DNA of 64,000 bases, taken from Chlorokybus atmophyticus (Eukaryota > Plantae > Mesostigma and Chlorokybus algae). This document shows positions 13,759-26,000 of the stretch, piece by piece. A program made the translations under genes and the position numbers. The notes below the pieces were generated by a model, which made no database searches, was not told the DNA's origin, and saw only the letters and a list, made by a program, of their open reading frames with translations. The stretch is taken from the NCBI GenBank assembly GCA_009103225.1, contig RHPI01001292.1, positions 62,001 through 126,000 on the forward strand. The letters are read 5' to 3'. Positions within the stretch are counted from its first letter, which is position 1; each line of letters opens with the position of its first letter.

Positions 13759-14012
13759 AAAGCCTCTTTGTTTTGTTTCACTGCCTTCTTGCACAGTATG
13801 CTCAGTATTGCGGCGTTCTGACTGCTTGCGAGTGGCAGTTGCACGCACATAGTTGTTGTCACTTATGTATGTGTGTATGTATGTATGTTCTTCAAATGCT
13901 GGCCTGTGATACTTGTAGTGAGAACGTACAAAAGCAATGACACGGCCACAGTGCCGAGGCATACACATGGACAACCGGGATTTTATACAATTTGAAGTCA
14001 CTCTGCAACTGT

Positions 14013-16100
14013 TCATCTCAGCATTTGCCTTTGAGCTTCCTGCTCGCACCTGAGTTTCTCAATGTCCTTTCGCGCCTTCTTGGCAGCCCTGCCGTCATCA
14101 CACAAGCAGCTGAACGCACGGTCGCATGTGTGGTAAACATCACCGTCATCACATAACAAAGCAAATTGTGGTGAAATTGTTTGTATGCACAACACCTGAA
14201 ACGACGGCGGAACTGCTCCAGCATGGGATGCTCGTATAGCACTTTGCCAGTTACATCGTGCACGTATACGTCCCTCCCGGAGTTCACGTGGCGCATCCAA
14301 CCGTCTGCACCATCAGGTAAAGGCATCAGCTGGCAAGCTTTTGGCTTATTAGTATCTAGCTCATGTGGTCATTATGCCTGATCATGCAACTGCATACATG
14401 CGTGCATCACCACAAACTTGCATGCAATTGTTGTTGTCATTGATTATGTCTTTGCATGGCCCCTAAATCTTCCTTACTAGGCAAGGGAGCCCTGAGTGCA
14501 GCTTCAGCGATGCCCAAGAACTCCCTATCCACCTGTGGATCCATGCCTAGAAGCCTTGCCATACGCTCCACCTCCACCGACAACATACCTGACACCATGG
14601 TTACACAAGCATCTCAACCTTACCCTCTCCCCCGACACAACAACATGCCAACACTCACCCGCTTGCGCGGCAGCTCGCACGGGATCCTCCAACTTGTTTC
14701 TTTTGCTGCGAGCGTGTGTCCTGTAGTCCATGTTGCTGCTTGTGCTTGTGCTGGTGTTGGTGCTTGTGCTGCTGATGTTGCTCTCGCTGCTTGCGCGCAT
14801 GGCGTGGAGCCAGGCTTCGTCCGCGGGGACGCGCACATGGTGATGGTTGCTGGACCGTCTGCGTGATGTTGTTGTGTTGTTGTGTATGTCCGGGAGGAAA
14901 GAGGTGGAGTTGTTGTTGCCGTCGATGGATGAGCGTGGCGGTGTGCTTTGTTGTTTTGGCGGCGGTGGTTGGAACGGTTGCCTGCGTGCCAGAAGGAGCC
15001 TGCCCTGCATTGCTAGCAGCAGCGTGGCCTCGCCTGCTGTCTGCTGAAGCCGCAGCTGATCCAACTCTATGTCCTGTATTATGAAGTGTTGTGTTGTGTT
15101 GTGTTGTGTATGAGGTATGTTGGTGCTGGTGGTATTTGTTGGCTTAGGGGTGTGATCCAGGGGGTAGGTGGGTTGTTGGTGTAGCAGTTTAGTTTGATAT
15201 GTTTGTTGATGTGTGTTGTGTGCCTGTGGAGGAGTGTTGATGCTAGTTGTATTTGTTGGCTTGATCTGGTGCTGTGGTACATAAAGTGTTGCTTTTCAGT
15301 ACCTTCATGTCCTCCTCTTCGAACTTGCGCTGAGTGAGTGTGCGGTGCAGCTGCATGCGCTCCTCCTCGAGGCTCGCGCGCGCACGCCGCATGTTGTCCT
15401 GCATCCCCCACAACATAGTAAACTTAATGATAGTCAACTTGCTTGTTATGAAGCCTATGCAACAAGTTCTTCATTAGTGAAGCAAATTTATTGGATCTGT
15501 CGACCCCTTGTGTGTTACCGTGTGTTCACGCAGCATGGCATTAAGCGCCTGTCTCTCCCTCTCCACAGACTCATGCTGCCTCTTCCTCTCCTGAGACACA
15601 ATCAAACTTCTCAACACACACCCTCAACGCAACTCCGTCTCCTTAGCAATATATACTTCTTCTCAACCATGATCCTCACCTCCATGAGCTCTTGGCGCAA
15701 CGTCTTGTAGCTTTTGGGCGAGAGAACGGGGCTGACAGGGCCAGGATCAGACACATATCCTCCTCCTCCAGCTCCTCCTCCTCCACCGCCGCCGCCCGAG
15801 GCCTGTGCACGTCTTCCGCCTCTGGACGGCGGGCTGATGAGCGCCGCCAGCTGGCTCCGCTGCCTCTGCGCTGCCATGGCCACGCTGAGACGGCCTTCAT
15901 GGCCGCCGCAGCCACGTCGATCACATCCCTACGCACCCCGCCTGACGCCAACAACTCCTTTGACAGCCGACTCCTCTTCCTCCCCTTCTACTTCTTCCTG
16001 TCCTCCTCCTCCTCCTCCTCCTCCGCCGTCGCCAGGCCAGAGGCGACGCCACAAGTCACGTGATGACCTTTCACCTCTGTGACTTTCTTGTGCGCGGCGC
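14013..16100 (-). CDS. Multi-exon protein with a C-terminal CEP164-like WW module; 5' end uncertain
   Basis: Spliced reading EVERMARLLGMDPQVDREFLGIAEAALRAPLP, then PLPDGADGWMRHVNSGRDVYVHDVTGKVLYEHPMLEQFR. Upstream exons are coiled-coil and low-complexity. Confidence 0.6.
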
Positions 16101-16916
16101 ACAGGAGCTTGTGCGGCTGCGCACAAGAGGGAAGCGGGAGAGACACATGCACACAGTTTGCGAGTCACGTGACTCCTGGTGTGTAAGCCATAGCGCAGGA
16201 TACCTCTGCTCAGGGGCTGCCACGTGTCACACGGCGGCAGCAGTAGCGCTGCCCACCCAGCCAACGGCAGTGTTGATCAACATACGTGGTTGTCTGAAGG
16301 CATAGGATGTGTGTGGGGAGGCTGGAGTGGTTGGGCAGTGGTTTCAGGAGTACATGAGCGCAGCAGTCGAGCAAACAAACTGAGGTAAAGCAGGCATCTT
16401 GTGTCGCAAAATGTAGTTGGGCTTTAATAGATGTCGTTCATGACAACATGTCAAACTATCATAAAGTCAATTTCAATTGTTACCTTCATGACATCTCACT
16501 CCTCTGCACCCCAACAAAGACTTGCACAGAAGCGTCTGTTGCGGCTGGTCTGAGAAATCAGAAGCATTGCGTGCGTTGTTCAAGGTATACTGCGAACGTA
16601 TGCAATACTCGCGTAAATCTCCAACAACCCACTGCTTGGTTCCATTCTGAAGGCTTAGTACCTCAAGGTGTGTGGGGAGGTGTTGAGCAGCACTCTGTGG
16701 TTTGTGTTCATAAGATCGTAAGACAGCCGTTCTGAAGTACGGGATGCACAGAACATAAGACGGTTGTGACTCAAGCCAAAAAACATATACCTGCACGCAC
16801 AAGCCTACGCGCACATGCACACACGTGCACACGTGTGCAAGCAGGCGCGCACGCACGCACGCACGCACGCGTTTTTTCACCACATTCTTCCCCAGCTCCC
16901 ACCCATCCCTTCCACC

Positions 16917-17593
16917 ATGTCGATGGAGGTCATCGCCATCCTGGGCGCCGCCGCCGACCCCTCCATCTCCTCCTCCTCCTCCTCCTCCTCCAACACCAAT
17001 GCCTCCAACAACGGTAGCAGCGACAGCACCCTCCTTGCCACGTCCGCCCCGCTGTGCTGCTGCTACGTGCCGCCGCGACGAGAGATTGTGACGGGGGGGC
17101 AGGACGGGAGGGTGAGGGTGTGGGAGATGGCGACGATGAAGTGCGCGAGGACTATGGTAGGGTGGGTGTGGGTGTGGGTGTGGGTGGGTGTGCGTGTTGG
17201 TTGGTCTGCTTGTTTGGTGGTTAGTATCTGCGCAGGTGTTTGTGCGCGGGTACGCGTGCGACAGACCGCGGGTGTGCATGTGCGTGCTTGAGAGAGTGTG
17301 TATGTGCGGATGCGTGTATGATGGGGGTGGCTTGTGCGGACCCGAGCATGTGTGTGCGAGGGCAGATGTGCACGTGGACGTAGACAATAGCATGCGTGTT
17401 GACGTATGCATGCATGTCCGCATGTCAATCAGCATGTGATACAATACGTACGTAATATGTACATTAGGTTGGGCACAAGGGGTGGGTGACTGATGTACTG
17501 TGGAGCGGAGGCGTGCGCTTGCTGTTCAGCTGCTCCATCGATGGCAACGTCATCGCTTGGTCAGACAAAGGCAAAGAACTCCAGGTAAGATAG

Positions 17594-17640
<47 letters not shown>

Positions 17641-19092
17641 TTGTTGTTGTTGTTGTGTACACCAACGCTCAACAGGTGGTGGAGCACGGGTCTCCTGTGT
17701 TCTGTCTTGCTTGGAACCCCAAGAGGAGGCAGCTGATATCGGGCGCCCACTCGACGATATTCATCTACAAGGCGTGCGCACCCACCGAAGCCATCGCATC
17801 CGAAACAACCCAGGCAAGTGTGTAAGTGTGCGTATGCGCGCGCGCGTGTGTGTGACCTTATATGCAGATGTAAGCAGTCAAGCGCGTGCTTGTGCGAGCA
17901 CATGCAAGCAGGTGTGTGTGCGTGTGCGTGTGCGTGCATGTATCATCCACACACGCACGCCCTGGCCACATGTGCGTCCGTGCGTGCGCGTGTGAGAGTG
18001 CGCACACGTGCGCGTGTGTGTCTGTTCTTGCTGTTGCAACAACCACAGCAACACCCTCCTCTCCCTCCCCCCAGGACGGCAGCGGCCTCCCCAAGGTCCT
18101 GAAGCTCCTCCACTCCCTCCGCTCCCACTCCGACATCGTCCGCGGCGTGGCCTGTTCCGACTCAGGCCGCATCTTCTCGGCGTCGTACGACCGCAGCGTC
18201 TGCATCTACGACTCCGAGAAGCCGCAGGCGAGGGAGGGGTGGACGAGACTGCTGAGGTGCCACGAAGGGGCCATATGCAGCGTGGCGTTCGACACGGATA
18301 ACAACTGGTAGGGTGGGTGGGTGGGTGCTGTGTCTGTGTATCTCCGCATGCATGTGTGTGGGTTTTTACCTTTTTACCGTGGGTGTTTTGGTTGCGACAC
18401 TTGCATGTGGGCATGTGCGCGCGCGCGCGTGTGCTTGCATGAGGTTAGATGTGTGAGGGTGCCGGTGTGGGCGTGTCTATACGCATGCACACGTGAGGGG
18501 TGTACGTGCAAACGTGTATGTGTGTGTGTGTGCGGACGTGCGCGCAAACATGCGATCATCTCACATGCTTACCGACCACGCAGGTTTATCACGGGCTCGT
18601 ACGACGGGACAGTCAAGGTTTGGTCTCAGGAGGGTCGGTGCTTAGACGGGTTGGAAAACATGGCCGACACCGTCAACGCCCTCGCTTACATCAAACCCAT
18701 GCGCCATTACTGGTAATGGTTGCGACAACACAATACTCATACCAAACATATGTGTGTTAATAGAAAGGTTTGTTGTCAGGATTACGGGGAGGAACAAGCG
18801 GCTCGTGGCGTACGACCCGAGGACGCCGACCAACGTGACGGCGTACGTGCGGCACACCTCCCGCCTTGACGAGTTCAAGTACGCGTGTTGTCTGTACATG
18901 TATGCAATATTCATCAGACAGGGTGGCTGGCATGCGCGTGCGCCCATGCACACATACACACACACTTGCCGTGGCAGTATACAGCGGCTTCATGCATCTC
19001 CGCACTCGGACGTGGTGCTTGGCATTACCGCCCAGCGACAGCTTGTGGTCTGGCGCTTCAACCCATGCGCCCCCACCATGTAAGTTGCTGTG

Positions 19093-19136
<44 letters not shown>

Positions 19137-22100
19137 AACTTGGTCTGCGTAAAGGTCTGACCAACATACATGCACGCATACACACACGTACACAACTTGC
19201 ACGCTAAGCTTCTTTCCAATGATGTTCTCGCAGGACTCTTTCAGGCCACACCGACTGGGTCGAATCCCTCATCGTGGCCAGAACCGAACAGACAGACTCA
19301 ACCTCATACCACGTACGCACACGAACGCCCCAACACCCACGCACCCAACCACCCCCACACAACAACAACACCAACACCAACACCCACCCAACACACCAAC
19401 CCAACAGGTGTTCAGCGGCGACGCCGAGGGCAAAGTCCTCCGCTGGGCCTCCTCCGAGGGCGACCTCGCCAGCGACCCTTACATATGCCACGAGGAGCTC
19501 AACATCAACACTACCACCTCCTCCTCCTTCCCCAACAACACCAACTCCAACTCCAACAGTGACACGAAGTCCATGCTCTGTCTAGCCTACAGCGCCGAGT
19601 TGGACTTGCTTGCTGCGGGTGGGGAAGATTGCAACGTGAGGTTGTGGCCTTTAGAGAGCCGCGCGCGGTCGGCGTCGCCAAGGGGGGGAGGGGAGAGTGA
19701 TGTGGGTGGGGATGTGGGTGGGAATGTGGGTGGGACACAACATGAGGGGGAGGGAGAGGGGGAGGGAGGTGGCGGAGGAGGAGGAGGAGGGGGAGGAGGA
19801 GAGGGAGGAGNNNNNNNNNNNNNNNNNNNNNNNNNNNNNNNNNNNNNNNNNNNNNNNNNNNNNNNNNNNNNNNNNNNNNNNNNNNNNNNNNNNNNNNNNN
19901 NNNNNNNNNNNNNNNNNNNNNNGGGAGGGGGGGGAGGGGGTGTGGATGGGGAGAGAGGGGCGCTGTGTGGACACACCTCGAGGGTTATTGCACTCGCGTG
20001 CATACGGGACCAGGTAAGAAACTGCTGGGTTGTTTTTACTGTGGCTGGCGAGCGTACATTTACCGTATGCAAATGGTTGCGCACACATACACACACACTG
20101 CTCGTGCACAGGTGTTGGTGAGCGCTTCGCAGGACGGGACGCTGCGCTGGTGGGACCTGCACACGCGCCACGAGCTGGCATGCGTGCAAGCCCCTGCCGC
20201 CACACGCCCCATCTCCTCCTCCACCTCCACAACCACCACCACCTCTACCCCCACCACCTCCTCCTCCTCCTCATCTGCTCGCCGGCCCTCCCAAGCCTTG
20301 TCCCGCCCCGCATCAGCCAGCGGCACATCCGCATCAACAACAGCGACAACAACATCTATCCTCAGTATGGATTACTGTGATGAGCGTGAGGAGCTGGCAT
20401 CAACTACGGCAGCTGACCCCGTAGCGCAAGTGCGTGATAATGATGATGTTGGGGATGGTGTACTTGTGTATGAGACTAAGTGGGTGTTGGGTTGTGGTTG
20501 GTATAGGTGCACATATGGTGCTCGTTCAAGAGAGTGCTGAAGCGGACTCTGCTTGGGCACAAAGCAGACATAACCCAGGTGAGTCGTACTTGACGTTCTC
20601 AAATAAGCGCATGCACACACGCACCCACCCGCACACACTCTCCCCCTCCTCAGATCAAGTGGTGTCCCCTCCGCGGCGGCTGTTGGCTCTCCGCCTCCGA
20701 CGACTCCTCCCTCCGCGTCTGGCATCCCGATTCGGGGGAGTGCGTCCAGGAGGGGCACTTCGCGGGGGAGACCGCCACGGCCATGCTCGTCGACGCCGTC
20801 AACGGATGCGTGCTGATCGCTACGGGGGATCATGCCATACGGGTGTTCGATGTACATACGCTTGTGATGGTGAGTGGGAGGGAGTGGGGGGGGGGGGNNN
20901 NNNNNNNNNNNNNNNNNNNNNNNNNNNNNNNNNNNNNNNNNNNNNNNNNNNNNNNNNNNNNNNNNNNNNNNNNNNNNNNNNNNNNNNNNNNNNNNNNNNN
21001 NNNNNNNNNNNNNNNNNNNNNNNNNNNNNNNNNNNNNNNNNNNNNNNNNNNNNNNNNNNNNNNNNNNNNNNNNNNNNNNNNNNNNNNNNNNNNNNNNNNN
21101 NNNNNNNNNNNNNNNNNNNNNNNNNNNNNNNNNNNNNNNNNNNNNNNNNNNNNNNNNNNNNNNNNNNNGGGGGGGGGGGGGGGGGGGGGGGGCCTGGGTG
21201 GGCTTGTATCTGGTGTAGGCCAATCTTGCCAAAACACATATGTGTAGCAGTGGCAGTAATTGTGCCAGTACCAGTGCTGGCATGGGAGAGTACCAATGCT
21301 ACTGCTGCCAGTAAAGTGTTAGTACCAGTACTGGTACCGGCACTGCACTGGCAGCAATACTGGTACTGCTGCTATTGCTGCTACTACCGCTGCCAGTATC
21401 AAGAGCAAGCAGTGATGAGACATACTCGCACACGCACACACAAACTTTTCCTCTCTGCAGTTGCGCAAGCACGTCGGCCACGTGGACTCGGTCCGTGCCC
21501 TCGCCATGGCTCCCCCGCCCCGCAGCCAATACCTATCCGCCTCCTGGGACCGCACCTTGCGCGTGTGGCGCGCCGGCCCCGGCCTCACCGCCACGAACAT
21601 ACCAGAGACCACCTTCCCCAACAACAACAACTCCAACAACAGCCACGAGACTGATTACGATGACGAGGACAAGTTCGTGTCCACGTACGAGCAGCTCCAC
21701 CCGTTGGTGTACCCGGCTTCTCTTAGGAATGCGAGAGTGACGTTGCATCTGGGGAAGGAGAAGGGGGCCAGTACGGGGAGGAATCAGTCGGTGTATAGGC
21801 ATGTGGCGGGGCAGGAGGGGGAGGGAGGGAGAGGGGATGATACGAGGGGGGGGAAGTCGACACAACTGGCGGGAAGGTGAGAGCAGGGGAGATGGGTGTG
21901 GGTGTGGGTATGTGTACACCGATGTGCAATGATGCATGTCTGCGTGCATGTGGGCGCGCACATGCGTGTGTGCGCTTGCGGATTCAGGTGTTCATGTGTG
22001 CTTGTGTGCATGCATGGTCGCGTGAGTATGCAGCCGGGAGTGTGTGCGCTCTTGTGTGCGGCTGCGTGCGCTCGCGCCTGTCTCTCTATATACGCATGTG

Positions 22101-22596
22101 CCTGCAGACGTATGGGTGCGTGCGTGTAAAGAGAGCACCAACAAACTTGTACTATTTCTATACATACATTAGACCTTACCCTTTCTCTCCCAGGTTGCAA
22201 GAGTTGGAGGATCGTCTCAAGTCCGACCTTCTTTCCTCCAGCGCCGCGTTGGAGGCCAGTCACTCCCACAGCAACAACAACAGCAACCAGCACCTGACTC
22301 ACCTGGACTCCTCACGTCGGCGCGGCAGCTCCGCCGTCGGGGGCAGTTCCACCCTCAACAACACCCTCAATAACACCGTCAACAAGGAGCTCAACCTCAA
22401 TGTCGTCGATGCCCACACGCCGGGCGGCAGCCTGCTCAACCAGAGGCAGAGCAATGCGACGGGGAAGGGGATCAATAGTGCAAGTGGGGGCAGTAGTAGT
22501 GTACCCGCGTCACCGTTTGGAGGAGGGGGGACTCACCCAACCCAGGCACGATTGAAGAGCCTTAAAGAAGGGTATGAGCCGGCCAGGAAGCCGTGA
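16917..22596 (+). CDS. Large multi-exon WD40-repeat protein with low-complexity insertions; interrupted by assembly gaps; may start further upstream
   Basis: Repeated WD motifs: IVTGGQDGRVRVWE, SHSDIVRGVAC...FSASYDRSVCIYD, CHEGAICSVAFD, ITGSYDGTVKVWS, LAAGGEDCNVRLWP, GHTSRVIALAC, VSASQDGTLRWWD, GHVDSVRAL...LSASWDRTLRVW. Confidence 0.8.
17594..17655. repeat. (TTG)n microsatellite in an intron
   Basis: Seen directly in the sequence. Confidence 0.95.
19811..19922. other. Assembly gap (112 N) flanked by G-rich runs
   Basis: Run of n. Confidence 0.99.
20898..21168. other. Assembly gap (271 N) flanked by poly-G
   Basis: Run of n. Confidence 0.99.
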
Positions 22597-23194
22597 TGGA
22601 ATGATATCGGAGAGAACAATTGATAGTCAGACCAGATGTGCTTATGTAACTGCTGGTGCGCATGTGTGCGTGTTCTTGTGTACAAAGATGGAATGCGGAT
22701 AAGTGTGTACAAAAGTCCAAAAGACTATTCTAGACTATTTTATTCTGTGTTTGTGAAAGAGCAGCAGTTTATCGCTGGTGCTAGTTGAAGCCCAGCCACA
22801 TCGTGTACAAAAGAATGTCGGGGGTAATGTGTCCAATTCACAGGCTTTTTATGCTTTTTATGTGATATGACAGACGCGCAGTAACATACGCCAAACTAGC
22901 TGACTCTTTTGTGTAGGTATGGTTTGATTGCAACGCTAGAGGCAGGATGACCAGCTGATGAGATGGTATCCTGCCTCTAATGTGCATGTTGATGTGGAAC
23001 ATTTTCCAACCATCCTACCATTTTCATCCTTATCCTTCTCCCTCTCCTCCTTTACTAGCCAGTGCTACATACTGGTATATGAAACAACCTATGCTACGAC
23101 ACAGACAAACTACGCATGCAACAAACCAGCAGGCCGCCAATAACTGCGCCACTGCATGCACTGCCGGTTGCAATGCCTAAGTGGAGCAACCCCA

Positions 23195-26000
23195 CTACTG
23201 CGAGACAACAGGCGAAGACGGTGGCGCAGGTGAAGTAGGCGGCTTCAAGTCAGGATACACGGTGTATGGGCTTGATGGTGCTGGTGAGGGCGGCAGCTCG
23301 TCTTTTGAGGGGGACGAGGCTGATGAGGATGCTGCTGCGTGCTCCTGGGCAGCTGATGTTGAGGCTGGGGCGGAAGCTGGGGCCTCAGCTGGGGCCTCAG
23401 CTGCGCTAGCCAATGCCTCGGTTGCATTAGACACAGACTCGGCTGCATCGTTTACGGCCTCTACAGCTGTCTCAATGGCGTCAGAAGCAGCAGCTGGAGC
23501 TGCTGGTTGACCTGTGTGGTTTGGCGTAGGTATTCAGACACAAACTGAGCAGAGGGGTTGCCACAACATGGCAGCAGCAGTGATGCGACTGTGACAGGCG
23601 CTACTGCTAAACATGGACATTACAAACACAGGGACAGGCAGGGTGCCAGCGGTACAAGGTGTGCAACTCACCCTTCTCGTTGAAGACGGTGTTGACCAAC
23701 GACTTAAACTGCTCTGCGCCTTCACCAGGTCCAAACTTGTTGTCAACCCAGCTAATGATCTCATCATATGTCTTCTTCCTATCGTCCGCAAACAGCAGCC
23801 TCTTTACTAAAAGCTGCACCACTGCTGTGACGCCCAACACCTGCAATACAGACAGTCTAACAATAAGATTTTCACCGGACAAAGGATCCTGGTATGCATG
23901 GGGACGTGGTGTAACTCCTATGGCTGTGACAGACAGATCCTTTAGCCTACATCACCTAGCTGGTGTGTTCCTTGGTTGCAAATGCCAAGTCCTTCACACT
24001 GTTACCAGCACATGCGCCCCCCCCCCTGACAACAATTCATCAGCGCACCAAACTATTCCAACATATTGCCAGCCTGCACGTGCATCGGCGAGCCACACAG
24101 CCAATGATCCATAGAGCAACTTGCAACAAGCCACTTACCGTTCTTGCACTGCTGGAGCATGTCAAAGTAGAACTGGCACTTGGAGATGTCGTTGTAGTTC
24201 TCCAAACACTGCACAACAGTGTCAAATCAGACGCCTTGCAGGCTGGGCCCCACTTCCATGCTATACTATTGACATTCTGAGACATAAGACTGCACTGCAA
24301 GCTCACAACTTACATCATTGAATGCCTTGTTCTGGNCTGTTCTACAACTGCAAGGGCATGCATGTGCAACTGATGCTGTCAACACTACGGTGCCAGCAGA
24401 GTATACCTCCAAGATCGTCTCCATCTCCGCAAAGAACAGAGCTGATGCTCCAGCCACGGCGACAACTGCAGCGCTTGTAGCAGCCAACTTGGAGTCAATC
24501 TGCAGTGTGAACGCGTTATAGATAAGGCTGAGTGTTTTTTTGCAACATGCATCATTACAAATAGTTGTCTACCTCAAAACTGGGCAGATTGGACAAATCT
24601 GGGAAGCTGAGCTTAACTGGCTTCTTCCAGGGCAAATCGCTAGCAAGCCACCTGCAATCCAACATGATGGAGCTATGGCATTGCAATGGACTGATGTAAG
24701 CGCAGAGAACAAACACTGTTTCTCACCCTCGTGGACCATCAACTCCCTCCTTGATGGCATATGCTTTAATTCGTGACTTGCCTAGCTCCTTGGCAGCCTT
24801 AACGGAGGCCGTTCCGAAGGAGTCGAGCAAAATGACAATGCTCTTCTCATCAACTGCGGACAACGCCTTGACATCATCAACGAAGTTCCCATTTGGGACA
24901 GCGTTGCCTGCCCTGTCCACAGACTCCCACTCCACATTGTACAACTTCTTGCCAACGCTCCGCAGGTCTGGGCTACCTGTCTCTCGGATGTCGGCTCTTG
25001 GCCGAATGTCAATCTGCGAGTTTGTGCAGACAGAGCGGTTTAAGTTAGTCATGACGCATCACTATTTATATCTTCACTAGTGCCAAGCAACGCCATTGTC
25101 TATGGCATTGTCGCCAGCTAATAGTGCTGGGTCGAATCTCGCATGCTATGCACACCGTGCATTCGCATGTGCCATTCAACATCTATGTGCACGCATGTGC
25201 GTAATGTCAACAGCTGGCTGCGAATAATAGGCTCGACCATTTGCTGCCGATGAGCTAGTCTGGAATGACAGCGACATCTCAAGCAAAAGCGATTCGACAG
25301 GTTAGCAAGGAAATGCATACACACATGACAATAGCTGTTCAGCAATGCATTCGGTTAAGTGTTCACCGTTGGCACTCACTTTCGCTCAGCACAAGGACAA
25401 CTCCTTCATGTGAGTTAAAATTACATGCACAGTATAATGCAGTGGAGGCATTGTTACCAGCACAGCAGAGGCGGTGCTGTCCAGCATATCAATCGCACCA
25501 GCGGGGGTAACGTCACCAGCGTAGCCCTTGTTGGTGAGAAGCAGCGCTACACCAATGAGGGGCAGAACAACAACGCCAGCGCCAGCTGCAAGAACGATGG
25601 GATCTACGCCTCCAGCTAGCATGTCGTCGGACACCACAGGCATGCTAATCTGAGGGACGGACGGAAGCTCCACCTGCGGGAGGGAGATCGCCGGCAGCTC
25701 CACCTTGGGCAGGGAGGGCACCTCAACGGCGTCCAGCGCCTCCAAGACGTCAGCCAGCGCGGCGGAGGGGAATGCTGCAGCTGAGGCTGCGGCGGCTGCC
25801 AGCCCGGCAGCCAAACCCTGCTGCCATTGGGGTTTAGGCGGCCGCCCCGCAATGACAGCAGGCCGCACTGCATGCCCATGCGGTCCGGCAGCGCCAGCAC
25901 CGCAATTCCCTCGCCCGCAGGCGCTCTTGCACACCACGGGTGCTCCAGCCAACCCACCCTTCAGCGCCACCCCGGCCGCCACCGACGCCATGGCCACCAT
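23195..26000 (-). CDS. TROL: Thylakoid rhodanese-like protein (TROL/STR4), multi-exon
   Basis: Transit peptide, TM helix, rhodanese fold (IDIRPRADIRETGSPDLR...ILLDSFG...AYAIKEGVDGPRGW), second TM (FFAEMETILE|VLGVTAVVQLL...LLFADDRKKT), Ala/Pro-rich hinge and C-terminal SPYTVYPDLKPPTSPAP resembling the FNR-binding motif. Confidence 0.88.
24139..24335 (-). pseudogene. Two exons of a CHCH-domain (Mix17/CHCHD2-like) gene inside a TROL intron
   Basis: Partial exon 24314-24335 (QNKAFND|gtaag) and a 70-nt exon 24139-24208 (tgtgcag|CLENYNDISKCQFYFDMLQQCKN|gtaag). A single N lies at 24336. Confidence 0.75.

Noticed and set aside
19511-21296. Long ORFs containing X runs
   Set aside because: They are artefacts of translating through N gaps.
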